In this document: positions 1 to 359 of the stretch, one piece after another | Numbering within the stretch: position 1 is the first letter of the stretch | Layout of the letters: each line of letters starts with the position of its first letter | Position numbers and translations under genes: made by a program | Notes under the pieces: model-generated | What the model saw: the letters and a program-made list of their open reading frames with translations, nothing else | Told to the model about the DNA's origin: nothing | Database searches by the model: none | Sequence record: OP360907.1 | Reading direction: 5' to 3' (one strand) | Source: a phage | Length of the DNA: 359 nucleotides

Positions 1-359
1 TGACGGCTGACGTTCTGATTTACGATATTGAGGACGCGATGAACCACTATGACGTTCGCTCTGAGTACACCTCCCAGTTGGGTGAGTCTCTGGCAATGGC
101 TGCCGATGGTGCGGTTCTGGCTGAGATTGCTGGACTGTGTAACTTGGCGAGCGCCTCTAATGAGAACATTGAGGGTCTCGGCACTGCAACGATTATCGAA
201 GCGTCTCAGACCAAGGCTGCTCTGACCGACCAAGTTGCTCTGGGTAAAGAGATTATCGCTGCCTTGACTAAGGCTCGTGCGGCTCTGACCAAGAACTACG
301 TTCCGGCTGCTGACCGTGTATTCTACTGTGACCCAGATAGCTACTCTGCGATTCTGGCA
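1..359 (+). CDS. 10A: Major capsid protein of a T7-like phage (gene 10 / gp10A homolog); internal fragment, partial at both ends. Codon phase: first complete codon at nt 3-5, last at nt 357-359.
   Basis: Seen in sequence: the frame beginning at nt 3 is open for all 119 codons, while the other two + frames are closed early (TGA at 1-3 and 16-18; TGA at 8-10). The translation matches my memory of T7 gp10A roughly across residues 100-220, including the blocks TADVLIYDIEDAMNHYDVRSEYTSQLGESLAMAADGAVLAEIAGLCN, NENIEGLGTAT, KAALTDQVALGKEIIAALTKARAALTKNYVPAADRVFYCDPDSYSAILA. Codon usage is the highly-expressed enterobacterial type (by hand count Ala 24/119 with 12 GCT; Leu 8 of 12 CTG; Gly and Val mostly GGT and GTT; Arg CGT/CGC). 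No database search was possible; the symbol 10A follows T7 nomenclature and may not be the name used in the source genome. Confidence 0.93.

Noticed and set aside
174-207. Type IIS restriction sites: ggtctc (BsaI) at 174-179 and cgtctc (BsmBI/Esp3I) at 202-207.
   Set aside because: Short 6-mers expected by chance in coding sequence; they arise from ordinary Gly-Leu and Ala-Ser codon pairs. Relevant only for cloning design.
1-359. An uninterrupted open frame on the minus strand, in exact codon register with the + strand CDS, spanning the entire window.
   Set aside because: It is open only because the + strand gene never uses the codons TTA, CTA or TCA, whose reverse complements are the three stops. 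Every TTA/CTA/TCA triplet I found on the + strand (starting at 20, 47, 157, 193, 206, 253, 268, 296, 323, 341) is out of register. This is the classic antisense shadow ORF produced by codon bias, and the + strand has a strong homology call.
1-359. Programmed -1 frameshift site that produces the minor capsid protein 10B in T7.
   Set aside because: In T7 the frameshift is near the 3' end of gene 10A, well downstream of the region covered here (roughly residues 100-220 of about 345). I see no convincing slippery heptamer of the X XXY YYZ type followed by a structured region in this window.
1-359. T7-type or T3-type phage RNA polymerase promoter, or a host sigma70 promoter, inside the window.
   Set aside because: No match to the T7 consensus core (taatacgactcactata) or the T3 core (aattaaccctcactaaa), and no AT-rich -10/-35 arrangement. 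The window is uniformly coding, with no intergenic space.
1-359. A previously undescribed system such as a defence island, toxin-antitoxin pair or novel small ORF, as suggested by the task framing.
   Set aside because: The window is fully accounted for by one conserved structural gene fragment with near-identity to a known protein. There is no intergenic space, no second gene, no repeat array and no compositional discontinuity. Anything novel would have to lie outside this window.

Overview
The whole 359-nt window lies inside a single + strand open reading frame (codon phase starting at nt 3, 119 codons, no stop, truncated at both window edges). Its translation, TADVLIYDIEDAMNHYDVRSEYTSQLGESLAMAADGAVLAEIAGLCNLASASNENIEGLGTATIIEASQTKAALTDQVALGKEIIAALTKARAALTKNYVPAADRVFYCDPDSYSAILA, is an internal segment of a T7-family (Autographiviridae, T7-like) major capsid protein, the gene 10 / gp10A homolog. 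Against the phage T7 gp10A sequence as I recall it from memory, about 8 of 119 residues differ, clustered in two short patches, so this is probably a close T7 relative rather than T7 itself. I see no RNA gene, promoter, terminator, CRISPR repeat or mobile element, and no evidence of a novel system: this is an ordinary, well-characterised structural gene fragment. Findings are limited to the divergent patches, an internal AALT repeat, and strong codon bias.
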